This document shows, piece after piece, positions 9,549 to 21,017 of a stretch of DNA of 64,000 nucleotides. This DNA is from Spirochaetia bacterium. Its GTDB lineage: Bacteria > Spirochaetota > Spirochaetia > SZUA-6 > Bin103. Location of the stretch: NCBI GenBank assembly GCA_965203055.1, contig OZ241863.1, positions 3,008,001 to 3,072,000 on the forward strand, written 5' to 3'. Positions within the stretch are counted from its first letter, which is position 1. Each line of letters starts with the position of its first letter. A program made the position numbers and the translations under genes. Under the pieces are notes generated by a model that did no database searches, was not told the origin of the DNA, and saw only the letters and a program-made list of their open reading frames with translations.

Positions 9549-12500
9549 ATGAAGCCGCCGCGCGACCTGCTCGTCAGCCAGTTGGAGGGAGTCGACGCTG
9601 CCTTCATCGACGCCCACCTGGCGCGGCTGGGAGACGACTACTACGCGGAGTTCTCGCTGCCGGAGGTGGTGGTCCAGCTCCGCGAGCTCAGCCGGCTCGA
9701 CGCCGCGCGCCCGCTGGCGGTGATGGCCGTCGCCGCGCCCCCGGACGCGCTGCATTGCACCATCCTTGCCGCCGACCACCCGGGGTTGTTTTCGCTGATC
9801 ACCGGGGTGCTCGGCGCCAGCGGATTCGCCATCGAGAGCGGGGCGGCGTATACCTATGGCGCTGCCCCGCCGGCGCCCGCGGAAGCGTCCCGGGCGGGTC
9901 TCCGCCAACTCTCCCGGCGGTCCGCCGCCGGGCATGGCGCGGCGGTCCGCCGCCGGCGGGCGCGCGCCGGACCGCCGCAACCGCGCGTGCGCCGGCTCAT
10001 CGTCGACCGCTTCCGCGGCCGCCGCGTCTCCGCGGAGGCGCGCGCCTTGAGCCTGGAAGCGTGGCGCCAGCAGCTTGAACGGCGCCTGCTGGAAGGGGTC
10101 CGCGACCTGGAGCGCGGCGCGCCGGAGGCGGCGCGGCGGCGCGTGAGCGAGCTGGTGGCGGAGACCATCCGGCGCCACTGGCCGACGCCGCCCACCCTCT
10201 ATCCGGTACAGATCGACATCGGCAATCTCGCGCCCGCGGCCGGCGGCGCGGTTACCCGCATGCGCATCGTCTCGCAGGACACGCCGCTGTTTCTGTACAG
10301 CCTCGGCGCCGCGCTGGCGCTGCGCGAGGTGTCGATCCAGCGCGTGCGGATCGCCACCAGCGGCGGGCGGGTGGAGGACCTCGTAGACGTAGTGGACCGC
10401 GCCGGCGCGCCGATCGCCGACCCCACGCTGCTCGATCAGATCAAGCTGTCGGTGCTGCTCACCAAGCAGTTCGCCTACTTCGTGGGCATGGCGCCCGACC
10501 CCTATGCCGCGCTGCTGCGCTTCGAGCAGCTCACCGAGCAGATCCTCGGGCTGCCGGAAGAGGGGCGCCTGCTCGACCTGCTGGCCGACCCCCGCATCAT
10601 GCAGGAGCTGGCGCTGCTGCTCGGCACCAGCGACTACCTGTGGGAGGATTTCATCCGCCAGCAGTTCGAGACGCTGCTGCCGATGTTGGAACAGGAGCAG
10701 GAGCACAGCTTCAGCGACGCCGCCACCGTGGCGCGACGGCTGCGCCGGACGCTGGCGGCGGCGCCGGACGCCGCCGCCAAGGTGACGGCGCTCAACGCGT
10801 TCAAGGACCGCGAGGCGTTCCTCATCGACCTGGAGCACGTCCTCAACCGCCACTCTAGCGTGCCGCAGCTCGCCGCGCGTCTGACGCGGCTGGCCGAGTG
10901 CGTGGTCAGCGCCGCGCTGGAGCTGGCCGCGGCGGCGCTGCGCCCGCAGTTCGGCATCCCGCGTACTCTGGGCGGCATCGATGCCCGCCTGGCGGTGGTG
11001 GGGCTCGGCAAGTTCGGCGGCGGCGCCCTGGGGTACGCCTCCGACATCGAGCTGATGTTCGTGTACGGCGACCAGGGTACCACCACCGGCCCGCAGCGGG
11101 TCGAAAACGGAGAATACTTCGAGCGGCTGGCGCAGGAGACCGTCAGCCGCATCAGCGCCAAGCGTGCCGGCATCTTCGAGGTCGATCTGCGCCTGCGGCC
11201 CTACGGCGCCGCGGGGCCGCGCGCGGTGAGCCTGGAGAGCTTCGCCCGCTACTACGGCCCCGGAGGCGAAGCGCTGGCCTACGAGCGGTTGGCGCTCATC
11301 CGGCTGCGCGCCGTGGCGGGCGACCGTGAGCTGGGCGCGCGCCTGGAGCGCCTGCGCGACGAACTGGTCTACCAGACCGGCGCCATACCGCTGGAGGAGG
11401 TGCACCGGATGCGCCGGCGTCAGGTAGCCGAATACGATGCCGACAGCCGGCTGAATGCCAAGTTCAGCCCCGGCACCCTGGTGGACGTGGAGTACGCGGT
11501 GCAGATGCTGCAAGTCCGCTACGGCGCGGCCCGGCCCGCGCTGCGCACCTCCGGCGTGCACCAGGCCCTCGACGAACTGGCGCGCGCCGGCATCCTGGCG
11601 CAGCTCGAAGCGGAGCAGGTGGGGGAATCCTACGACTTCTACCGCCGCCTGATAAACGCGCTGCGCATCCTGCGCGGCTCGGCGCGCGACCTCTACCTGC
11701 CGGCCGCGGGGGCGGTGGAGTACGGGCACCTGGCGCGGCGCATGGGCTATCGGGGGGATTCGGCGCTGAGCCCGGCGCAGCGGCTGCACCTGGAGCTGGA
11801 AACCCGCCGCGCCGGGGTGCGGCGCTTCATAGACTCCCATCTCGGCCACGGTTCCCTGGGTTCGGGCAGCATTACCGGCATCGCCGACCTGGTGTTGAGC
11901 CCGGCCGCGGCCGGCGCAGAGCCCGGCGCCGCGCCCGGCGCCGCGCCCGGCGCGGAGGCCGGCGCAGAGCCCGGCGCGGACCGCGGCGCCGAGCGGGTGT
12001 TGCGCCGCTTGGGATTCGCCCAACCGGAACCGGCGGCGCGCAACCTCGCGCGCCTCGCCCGGCGCGCGCCGGACCGCATGGAGTTCGCCCGCCTGGCGGT
12101 ACTGGCCGGCGACGAGCTGGCGCGGCAGTCGGACCCGGATCGGGCGCTCAACAACTGGGAACGCTACGTCGCCGCGCTCGGCGCGCCGGGACACCACTTT
12201 CGCACCTTGCTGCGCCAGCCGACGCGGCTCGAGTTGTTGATCCGCATCTTCGCCACCAGTCAGTTTCTGGCCGACGCCCTGGTGCGCAACCCGGAGCTGT
12301 TCGACTGGGTGACCGAGCCGGAGCGGCTGCGCCGCCGGCGGCGGCTGCGGGAGGTGGTGCGGGAGTTGGATGAGCGCCCTGCCTGGCCGCCTCGACTGCG
12401 CACGTTGCGGCGCCGCGAACTGCTGCGCATCGCCATCCGGGACTACTGCCTGCAGGCCCCGGTCACCGACGTGATGGGCGAGCTGTCGGTGGTCGCCGAG

Positions 12501-13442
12501 GCGTTCATCGACGCCGCGGTGCGCAAGCTGGCGGCGCGGCATGCGGAGCTGCCGCCGCGGGTGTGCATCCTGGCGTTCGGCAAGCTGGGGGCGGAGGAGC
12601 TCAACTACAGCTCGGACCTCGACCTGCTGGCGCTGTACGACGACCGCGGCCTGCCCGCCGAGCGGAGCGCGGCGCTGGCGCAGCAGGTCACCGCGCTGGC
12701 CCGCTCCCTGGGCCGGACGCTGGCGGCTCACAGCGGCGAGATGGCCAGCTACCGGGTAGACTGGCGCCTGCGCCCCTACGGCAGTTCCGGGGAACTGGCG
12801 CACTCGTTCCGGTCGCTGGCCGCCTACTACGCCGGGCCGGCCAACGACTGGGAGGTGCAGGCCCTGCTGCGCCTGCGGCCGGTCGGGGGGAACCGCGCGC
12901 TCGGCGACGCCCTGCTGCGGCAGGCGCGCGCCGCGTTCGCCCGCCTGGGGGACGATCCGGCGCAACGCGGCGCGCGCGCCTTCGCCACCATCGAGCGCCT
13001 GCGCAATCTGGCGCTGGCCGGGCAGGTCAAGCGCCGGCTCAATCAGGGCCGCGACATCAAGTCGGGAGCCGGCGGCATCCGCGACCTCGAGTTCCTGGTC
13101 CAGGGGCTGCAGCTCCAGCACCTGCTGCAGCATCCGCAGCTTGCGTGCGGCAACACCGTGCTGGCGCTCGAACGGCTGCAGCAGGCCGGGGTGCTCAGTG
13201 CGGGCAGCGCGGCCCAACTCCGGGAAGACTACCTGTTTCTGCGCCGTCTGGAGCACTTCCTGCAGGTGTTCGAGGACCGTCAGGTACACGCCCTGCCCGG
13301 CTCCGACGCCGCCCTGCGGGCGTTGGCGCGGCGCATGCTGGGGGCCGGCGCCACGGTAGCGGCGTTCAACGAACTGGTGGCGGCCGTCACCACGCGGGTC
13401 CGCGCCACCTATCTCCGGTTCGTGACCCTCTCCGGTTCGTGA
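9549..13442 (+). CDS. glnE: Glutamine synthetase adenylyltransferase (GlnE) with two N-terminal GlnD-like ACT domains
   Basis: Two NT domains (GLGKFGGGALGYASDIE; AFGKLGAEELNYSSDLD), VDLRLRPYG/VDWRLRPYG, DIKSGAGGIRDLEF; ACT motifs DHPGLFSLITGVL and DTPLFLYSLGAAL. Confidence 0.88.
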   Translation: MKPPRDLLVSQLEGVDAAFIDAHLARLGDDYYAEFSLPEVVVQLRELSRLDAARPLAVMAVAAPPDALHCTILAADHPGLFSLITGVLGASGFAIESGAAYTYGAAPPAPAEASRAGLRQLSRRSAAGHGAAVRRRRARAGPPQPRVRRLIVDRFRGRRVSAEARALSLEAWRQQLERRLLEGVRDLERGAPEAARRRVSELVAETIRRHWPTPPTLYPVQIDIGNLAPAAGGAVTRMRIVSQDTPLFLYSLGAALALREVSIQRVRIATSGGRVEDLVDVVDRAGAPIADPTLLDQIKLSVLLTKQFAYFVGMAPDPYAALLRFEQLTEQILGLPEEGRLLDLLADPRIMQELALLLGTSDYLWEDFIRQQFETLLPMLEQEQEHSFSDAATVARRLRRTLAAAPDAAAKVTALNAFKDREAFLIDLEHVLNRHSSVPQLAARLTRLAECVVSAALELAAAALRPQFGIPRTLGGIDARLAVVGLGKFGGGALGYASDIELMFVYGDQGTTTGPQRVENGEYFERLAQETVSRISAKRAGIFEVDLRLRPYGAAGPRAVSLESFARYYGPGGEALAYERLALIRLRAVAGDRELGARLERLRDELVYQTGAIPLEEVHRMRRRQVAEYDADSRLNAKFSPGTLVDVEYAVQMLQVRYGAARPALRTSGVHQALDELARAGILAQLEAEQVGESYDFYRRLINALRILRGSARDLYLPAAGAVEYGHLARRMGYRGDSALSPAQRLHLELETRRAGVRRFIDSHLGHGSLGSGSITGIADLVLSPAAAGAEPGAAPGAAPGAEAGAEPGADRGAERVLRRLGFAQPEPAARNLARLARRAPDRMEFARLAVLAGDELARQSDPDRALNNWERYVAALGAPGHHFRTLLRQPTRLELLIRIFATSQFLADALVRNPELFDWVTEPERLRRRRRLREVVRELDERPAWPPRLRTLRRRELLRIAIRDYCLQAPVTDVMGELSVVAEAFIDAAVRKLAARHAELPPRVCILAFGKLGAEELNYSSDLDLLALYDDRGLPAERSAALAQQVTALARSLGRTLAAHSGEMASYRVDWRLRPYGSSGELAHSFRSLAAYYAGPANDWEVQALLRLRPVGGNRALGDALLRQARAAFARLGDDPAQRGARAFATIERLRNLALAGQVKRRLNQGRDIKSGAGGIRDLEFLVQGLQLQHLLQHPQLACGNTVLALERLQQAGVLSAGSAAQLREDYLFLRRLEHFLQVFEDRQVHALPGSDAALRALARRMLGAGATVAAFNELVAAVTTRVRATYLRFVTLSGS

Positions 13443-13507
13443 CCGCGCCGGTCGGACCGGCCGTTCGCGCGTCCCGATCCGACCGGCTCCCTCGTGCCGC
13501 GCCCGGG

Positions 13508-13849
13508 TCAGCCGATGGCGACCATACCCACTTCGCCGGAGCGGATGCGGATGCACTGATTGAGTTCGACCACGAAGATCTTGCCGTCGCCGATCTCGCC
13601 GGTGCGCGCCCCGCGCACGATGGCATCGATGGTGCGCTCCAGGAACTCGTCGTTCACCGCGATTTCGATACGCACCTTCTTGAGCAGGTTTACCTCGATC
13701 TGGACCCCGCGGTAGGTCTCGGTGTAGCCCATCTGTTGGCCGCAGCCCAAGGCGTTGGTAACCGACATCTTGCCAACCTCCTCCTTGAACAGCTCCTGCT
13801 TGACGTCGTTCAACTTGTGCGGCTGAACGTAGGCGATGATAAGTTTCAT
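13508..13849 (-). CDS. glnK: PII nitrogen regulatory protein (GlnK/GlnB), Ile at position 51
   Basis: 113 aa, T-loop [32 protein letters not shown]; directly downstream of amtB. Confidence 0.93.
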   Translation of the reverse strand: MKLIIAYVQPHKLNDVKQELFKEEVGKMSVTNALGCGQQMGYTETYRGVQIEVNLLKKVRIEIAVNDEFLERTIDAIVRGARTGEIGDGKIFVVELNQCIRIRSGEVGMVAIG

Positions 13850-13863
13850 GTTGCTTCCTCCAG

Positions 13864-15210
13864 CTAACGCGAGGTGTACACCTCGAAGTCGGTGTACGCC
13901 TCGGTGCCGTGCTCTTCGATGTCCAGGCCGCGCAGCTCCTCGTCCCGGCTGACCCGCAGACCGATGAAGGCCTTGATCGCCGCAAACAATAGCAGAGAAG
14001 CAACGAAGGTCCAGACGAACACTGCCGCCACGCCGACGATCTGCACGCCCAACTGGCCGAAACCGCCGCCGAAGAACAGGCCGTTGACTCCGCCGAACTG
14101 TTCGTGCGCGAACAGGCCGACCGCAATGGTCCCCCAGGCGCCGACCACGCCGTGCGCGGAGACCGCGCCCACCGGATCGTCCACCTTCAGCACCCGGTCG
14201 ATGAACTGCGCCGACAGCACCACCAGCACGCCGCCCAGGAAGCCGACGATCACCGCGCTGCCCGGCGCCAGATTGGCGCAGCCGGCGGTAATCGCGACCA
14301 GCCCGGCGATGGCGCCGTTCAGGGCGAAGGTGGGGTCGGGCTTGCCGGAGATGATCCAGGCCACGATCAGCGCGCCGACCACGCCCGCGGCCGCAGCCAG
14401 GTTGGTGGTGACCGCGATGGCGGCGATGGAGAGGTCGGTGCCGGCCACCGTGCTGCCGGCGTTGAAGCCGAACCAGCCGAACCACAACAGGAATACGCCG
14501 AGCGCCGCCAGCGGCACGTTGTGCCCCTGGATCGCGTTCACCAGCACCGTGCCGCGCGCGCCGTTGGCGCCGTTCCTGATGTACTTGCCTTCGCGCGCTC
14601 CCAGGACGATGGCGCCGGCCAGTCCGGCCCAGCCGCCGACGGAATGCACCACGGTGGAGCCGGCGAAGTCCATCACCCCGTTCGCGCCCAGGTTGCTGAG
14701 CCAGCCCCCGCCCCAGATCCAGTGGCCCACCACCGGATAGATCAGCGCGCTGATGAACACCGAGTAGACCAGATAGGCTTTGAACTGGGTGCGTTCGGCT
14801 ACCGCGCCGGACACGATGGTGGCGGCCGTGGCGGCAAACATCACCTGGAACACCCAGAACGTGAAGTCGGAAAATGCTTCGTCCACCACCGCGCCGGCCA
14901 GGAAGAACTTGCTGGTGCCGAACAGGCCCGCGGCGTCGGCGCCAAACATGATGCCGAAGCCGATCGCCCAGAACGCCAGCGTACCGATGGAGAAGTCCAT
15001 CAGATTCTTCATCATGATGTTGGCGGCGTTCTTGGCGCGGGTGAATCCGGTTTCGAGCATCGCGAAGCCGGCCTGCATCAGGAACACGAGCACCGCGGCC
15101 ATCAGGGTCCACACGGTGTCGATTGCCACCGCATTCGAGTTCGAGTCGGCGAAGCCGTAGACGGCGCCGAACACCAGCAGCGCTCCCGCTGCGATCAGGA
15201 AACGTCGCAT
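13864..15210 (-). CDS. amtB: Ammonium transporter
   Basis: [56 protein letters not shown]. Confidence 0.97.
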   Translation of the reverse strand: MRRFLIAAGALLVFGAVYGFADSNSNAVAIDTVWTLMAAVLVFLMQAGFAMLETGFTRAKNAANIMMKNLMDFSIGTLAFWAIGFGIMFGADAAGLFGTSKFFLAGAVVDEAFSDFTFWVFQVMFAATAATIVSGAVAERTQFKAYLVYSVFISALIYPVVGHWIWGGGWLSNLGANGVMDFAGSTVVHSVGGWAGLAGAIVLGAREGKYIRNGANGARGTVLVNAIQGHNVPLAALGVFLLWFGWFGFNAGSTVAGTDLSIAAIAVTTNLAAAAGVVGALIVAWIISGKPDPTFALNGAIAGLVAITAGCANLAPGSAVIVGFLGGVLVVLSAQFIDRVLKVDDPVGAVSAHGVVGAWGTIAVGLFAHEQFGGVNGLFFGGGFGQLGVQIVGVAAVFVWTFVASLLLFAAIKAFIGLRVSRDEELRGLDIEEHGTEAYTDFEVYTSR

Positions 15211-15255
15211 TATCCAGGTCCTCCTTGACTGGGAATTGCGTTCTTTCCACCGCAA

Positions 15256-15270
15256 GCAAGGACCATGCCA
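15256..15270 (-). promoter_or_regulatory. Sigma54 promoter of amtB-glnK
   Basis: Minus strand TGGCATGGTCCTTGC, 13/15 identical to the glnA promoter, exact spacing. Confidence 0.88.
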
Positions 15271-15323
15271 GGGAAGTGAGAAGGGGCTGACGGAGGCGGC
15301 CCGGCGGAATCGGCGCGGAGAAT

Positions 15324-15370
15324 CCTACCTGAACGTAGGGCGCCAGGCCGGATACCTACGTTGACGTCAG
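15324..15370 (-). promoter_or_regulatory. Tandem putative enhancer sites upstream of amtB (CTGAC-N6-GTAGG, CCTAC-N6-GTAGG)
   Basis: Perfect palindrome arms CCTAC/GTAGG at 15324-15339, second site at 15355-15370. Confidence 0.68.
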
Positions 15371-15382
15371 TTTTTGGGCGCG

Positions 15383-16939
<1,557 letters not shown>

Positions 16940-16942
16940 ATG

Positions 16943-16956
16943 CTACCGGAAGGTAG
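16943..16956. promoter_or_regulatory. CTAC-N6-GTAG site immediately upstream of the activator start codon
   Basis: CTAC-CGGAAG-GTAG in the divergent intergenic region. Confidence 0.55.
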
Positions 16957-17010
16957 TCTGATTCAACCGCATTGACAAACCGCCCGCCGATCGGCCAACA
17001 ACTCACGGTA

Positions 17011-18312
17011 ATGAATCCCATTGCCGCGGACCTCAACCATACTCTCGCCGACACCGTGCTCCCGCGCCTGCTGTCCGACTTCGGACGGCGCCTCTACTTT
17101 CCGCGCGGCGTCGTTGCCCAGACCGCCGAGGCGGCGCAGCACGCCCATCGCTTCAACGCCACGGTGGGCATCGCCACGGACGGCGTCGAACCGCTGTTCC
17201 TCGACGGAATCCGGGCCCTGGTGCCGGAACTGGCGCCCGAGGAAATCTTCGCCTACGCCCCGACCGCCGGGCTGCCGGCGCTGCGCGACGCCTGGCTGCA
17301 GGAGATGAAGCGGAAGAACCCGACCTTGCAGGAGCCGGTGTCGCGCCCGCTGGTGACCAGCGGCCTGACCCACGGCATCACCATCGCCGCCGATCTGCTG
17401 GTGGAGCGCGGCGACCGCGTCGTGGTCCCCGATCTGTTCTGGGGCAACTACCGCCTGGTATTCGAGGAGCGCCGCCAGGCGCGGCTGGAGACGGTGCCCT
17501 TCTTCGACGCCGCCGGCGGCCTGAACGTGGCGGCGCTGGCCGCGGCGCTGGCGCGCGCGCCCGCCGGCGGCAAGGTGGTGCTGCTCCTCAACTTCCCCAA
17601 CAACCCCACCGGCTACACCCCGACCGAAGCCGAGATGGAGGCGCTCGCCGCCGCCTTGCGGGCCACCGCCGAGCGCGGGGTGGCGCTGGCCGTGATCTGC
17701 GACGACGCCTACTTCGGCCTGTTCTACGAAGCCGCGAGCTGCCACGAGTCGCTGTTCGCGCGCCTCGCCGGGGCGCACGAGCGGCTGCTGGCGGTAAAGG
17801 TGGATGGCGCCACCAAGGAGAACTACGTGTGGGGCTTCCGGCTCGGGTTTCTCACGCTCGCCGCGCGCGGTTTGACCGCCGCCCACTTTACCGCCCTGGA
17901 GCAGAAGCTGATGGGCGCGGTGCGCTCGTCGGTGTCCAGTTCCGGCATGTTGACCCAGAGCCTGCTGCTGCGCGGCATGCGGTCGGGCAGCTATCAGGCG
18001 CAGCGCGAGGCCAACCTGGCGGCAATCGCCGCGCGCTACCGCCGGGTGCGGGAGCTCCTCGCCGCGCGCGCCGGCGCCGCCGAGCCGCTGCAGCCGCTGC
18101 CGTTCAACTCCGGGTACTTCCTCACCCTGCGCGTGGCGCACGGCGCGGCCGAGACGCTGCGCCGGGAGCTGCTGCGGCGCCGCGGCGTGGGCACCATTTC
18201 GGTGGGCGACGACTACCTGCGGGTGGCGTTCTCCACCGTGGCGTACGACGACCTGGAGGCGCTGTTCGCGGAGCTCTACGCCGCCGCGCGCGAGCTCGCG
18301 GCGAGCCGCTGA
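17011..18312 (+). CDS. Class I/II PLP-dependent aminotransferase
   Basis: LNFPNNPTGY, DDAYFG, DGATKE..VWGFRLG PLP-lysine region. Confidence 0.9.
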   Translation: MNPIAADLNHTLADTVLPRLLSDFGRRLYFPRGVVAQTAEAAQHAHRFNATVGIATDGVEPLFLDGIRALVPELAPEEIFAYAPTAGLPALRDAWLQEMKRKNPTLQEPVSRPLVTSGLTHGITIAADLLVERGDRVVVPDLFWGNYRLVFEERRQARLETVPFFDAAGGLNVAALAAALARAPAGGKVVLLLNFPNNPTGYTPTEAEMEALAAALRATAERGVALAVICDDAYFGLFYEAASCHESLFARLAGAHERLLAVKVDGATKENYVWGFRLGFLTLAARGLTAAHFTALEQKLMGAVRSSVSSSGMLTQSLLLRGMRSGSYQAQREANLAAIAARYRRVRELLAARAGAAEPLQPLPFNSGYFLTLRVAHGAAETLRRELLRRRGVGTISVGDDYLRVAFSTVAYDDLEALFAELYAAARELAASR

Positions 18313-18373
18313 CGCCGCCGCCGCCGGCGGGCGCCGCCGGGACCGGGCCGCCGGCCGTGAACGCGCCGGTGGT

Positions 18374-18402
18374 TTGACACGCCGCCGCCGCTTCGGTACT
18401 GT
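18374..18402 (+). promoter_or_regulatory. Sigma70-type promoter for ABC ATPase
   Basis: TTGACA-N17-TACTGT. Confidence 0.6.
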
Positions 18403-18469
18403 GACCATACACTAATGGGATAACCCCGCGCCGGCCGCCCGCGGCCCGCCGGGAACGAGAGGCAACGAT

Positions 18470-19585
<1,116 letters not shown>

Positions 19586-19630
19586 CGCGGCCGGGAGGGC
19601 AGCAAGCGCAGCGGACTTTGAGGGATTGCT

Positions 19631-20965
19631 TTGAAGCTCGGTAGATTCGCCGGCTTGGTACTGGGTTCGTTGGCGCTCGTCTATTGCGCGACCACGCCCG
19701 AGCCTGGCGCCGAGCCGCCGGAACTGGACGTTACGGCCGCCGCCGAGCACGCGGCAGCTTTCGCCGAAGCCCGGCGGCAGGCGGCGGTGGCGATCGCCCG
19801 CGCCGAGGACGCGGGCGCCGAAACCCACGATCCGGTTGTGCTGCGGGAGGCGCGCGCCGCACGTCAGGACGGGGAACAGCTGCGTGCGAGCGATCCGGAG
19901 GCAGCCGTCGCGGCGATGGAACGCGCCCGGGACAGGGCCGATACGGCTTGGCGGAACTCCCAGGGAGCGGCGCGGCAACAGCTCGAGTTGGAGATGTCGG
20001 ACCGGCTGCAGGAGCTTAGAGACCTGCAGGCCGACCAAAACAGGCCGGACGAGTATTCCGCCTCCGCAGAGCGGGTGGACCGCGCCATTGATCTGTTCGC
20101 CGCGGGCAGGATTGCCGAAGGTACCGATGAGGCCCAGGCGGTGATTCGGCAAATGGACATGCTTCGCGATTCCATCGAAGCGCAGGTCGCGCGCGTGCTG
20201 AGGTTGAAAGCCGACACCGAGGAGCTGAAAGATCAGCTTGACGCCGCGGCTCAGGCCGATGCCGCCAAGGTGGCCGAAATGAACGAGCGGTATGCTCAGG
20301 GCCAGATGGCGTTGGAGGAACGCGCGCTGGGCGACGCCGAGCTTCATTTCGGAGCGGCCCGGGAGGCCGGCCGGGCGGCGCTGGCGGGGGTCGCCGCCGG
20401 CACCGGCGCCGAGGGGGTCCGCGCGCAGGTCGAGACGCTGCTGCGCGCCGTCATGAACGATCTCGAGAGCGCTTCCGGGCTGATGGTCGTCACCGACGAC
20501 GAGAGGATAGTCAATCCGGCGCCGTGGCAGGGCGCCCGGTTCCTGAGCGGAGAGGGAGCGGCCGCCGCGGCGCTGCCGGCGCGGGGGGAGACCACGGTCG
20601 AACAGGTGCCGCAGCACGAGCTGCTGCAACGCGCCAAGGAGTTGTGGCTGCAGGCCGCGGCGCGGCGCAACGCCGGCGACTATCGCCAGGCCGCCGCCCA
20701 CCTCGAGCTGGCGCAGCGCCACCACGACGAGTACGTGGCGCTGGCGGTAATGACTACCTACACCGTGCGGCTGATTCCCGAGCGCCGTGAGTCGCTGTGG
20801 CGCATCGCGGAATATGACCACATCTATGGCAACCCCCGGCTGTGGCCCAGGATCTGGCACCGGAATCGCAAGCTGATTCAGGACCCGGATCTGATCTTCC
20901 CGGGCTGGCAACTCTACATCCCTCCGGCGCAAGTGTCCGGCGAGGCGCCGCCCGCCGCGCAATAG
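19631..20965 (+). CDS. Coiled-coil lipoprotein with C-terminal LysM domain
   Basis: Lipobox-like LVYC; YTVRLIPERRESLWRIA..IYGNPRLWPRIW..N...IQDPDLIFPG. Confidence 0.8.
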   Translation: MKLGRFAGLVLGSLALVYCATTPEPGAEPPELDVTAAAEHAAAFAEARRQAAVAIARAEDAGAETHDPVVLREARAARQDGEQLRASDPEAAVAAMERARDRADTAWRNSQGAARQQLELEMSDRLQELRDLQADQNRPDEYSASAERVDRAIDLFAAGRIAEGTDEAQAVIRQMDMLRDSIEAQVARVLRLKADTEELKDQLDAAAQADAAKVAEMNERYAQGQMALEERALGDAELHFGAAREAGRAALAGVAAGTGAEGVRAQVETLLRAVMNDLESASGLMVVTDDERIVNPAPWQGARFLSGEGAAAAALPARGETTVEQVPQHELLQRAKELWLQAAARRNAGDYRQAAAHLELAQRHHDEYVALAVMTTYTVRLIPERRESLWRIAEYDHIYGNPRLWPRIWHRNRKLIQDPDLIFPGWQLYIPPAQVSGEAPPAAQ

Positions 20966-21017
20966 CCGGCGCGGTCGGCCGCGGTCCTTAAAGCGCCGCC
21001 GGCGCCGGTTGGCACCC

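Noticed and set aside
11900..11990. PGAA/AEPGA low-complexity repeat inside glnE
   Set aside because: In-frame 12-bp slippage expansion in an interdomain linker; no evidence of a separate function
9420..14126. 1568-aa minus-strand ORF and many other long overlapping ORFs (e.g. 7831-9399, 35702-38563, 31152-33650)
   Set aside because: Antisense shadows of real genes in high-GC DNA; no recognisable motifs
13508..15259. Apparent 583-aa protein ending in PII
   Set aside because: Off-frame read-through over amtB; PII has its own RBS and ATG at 13849
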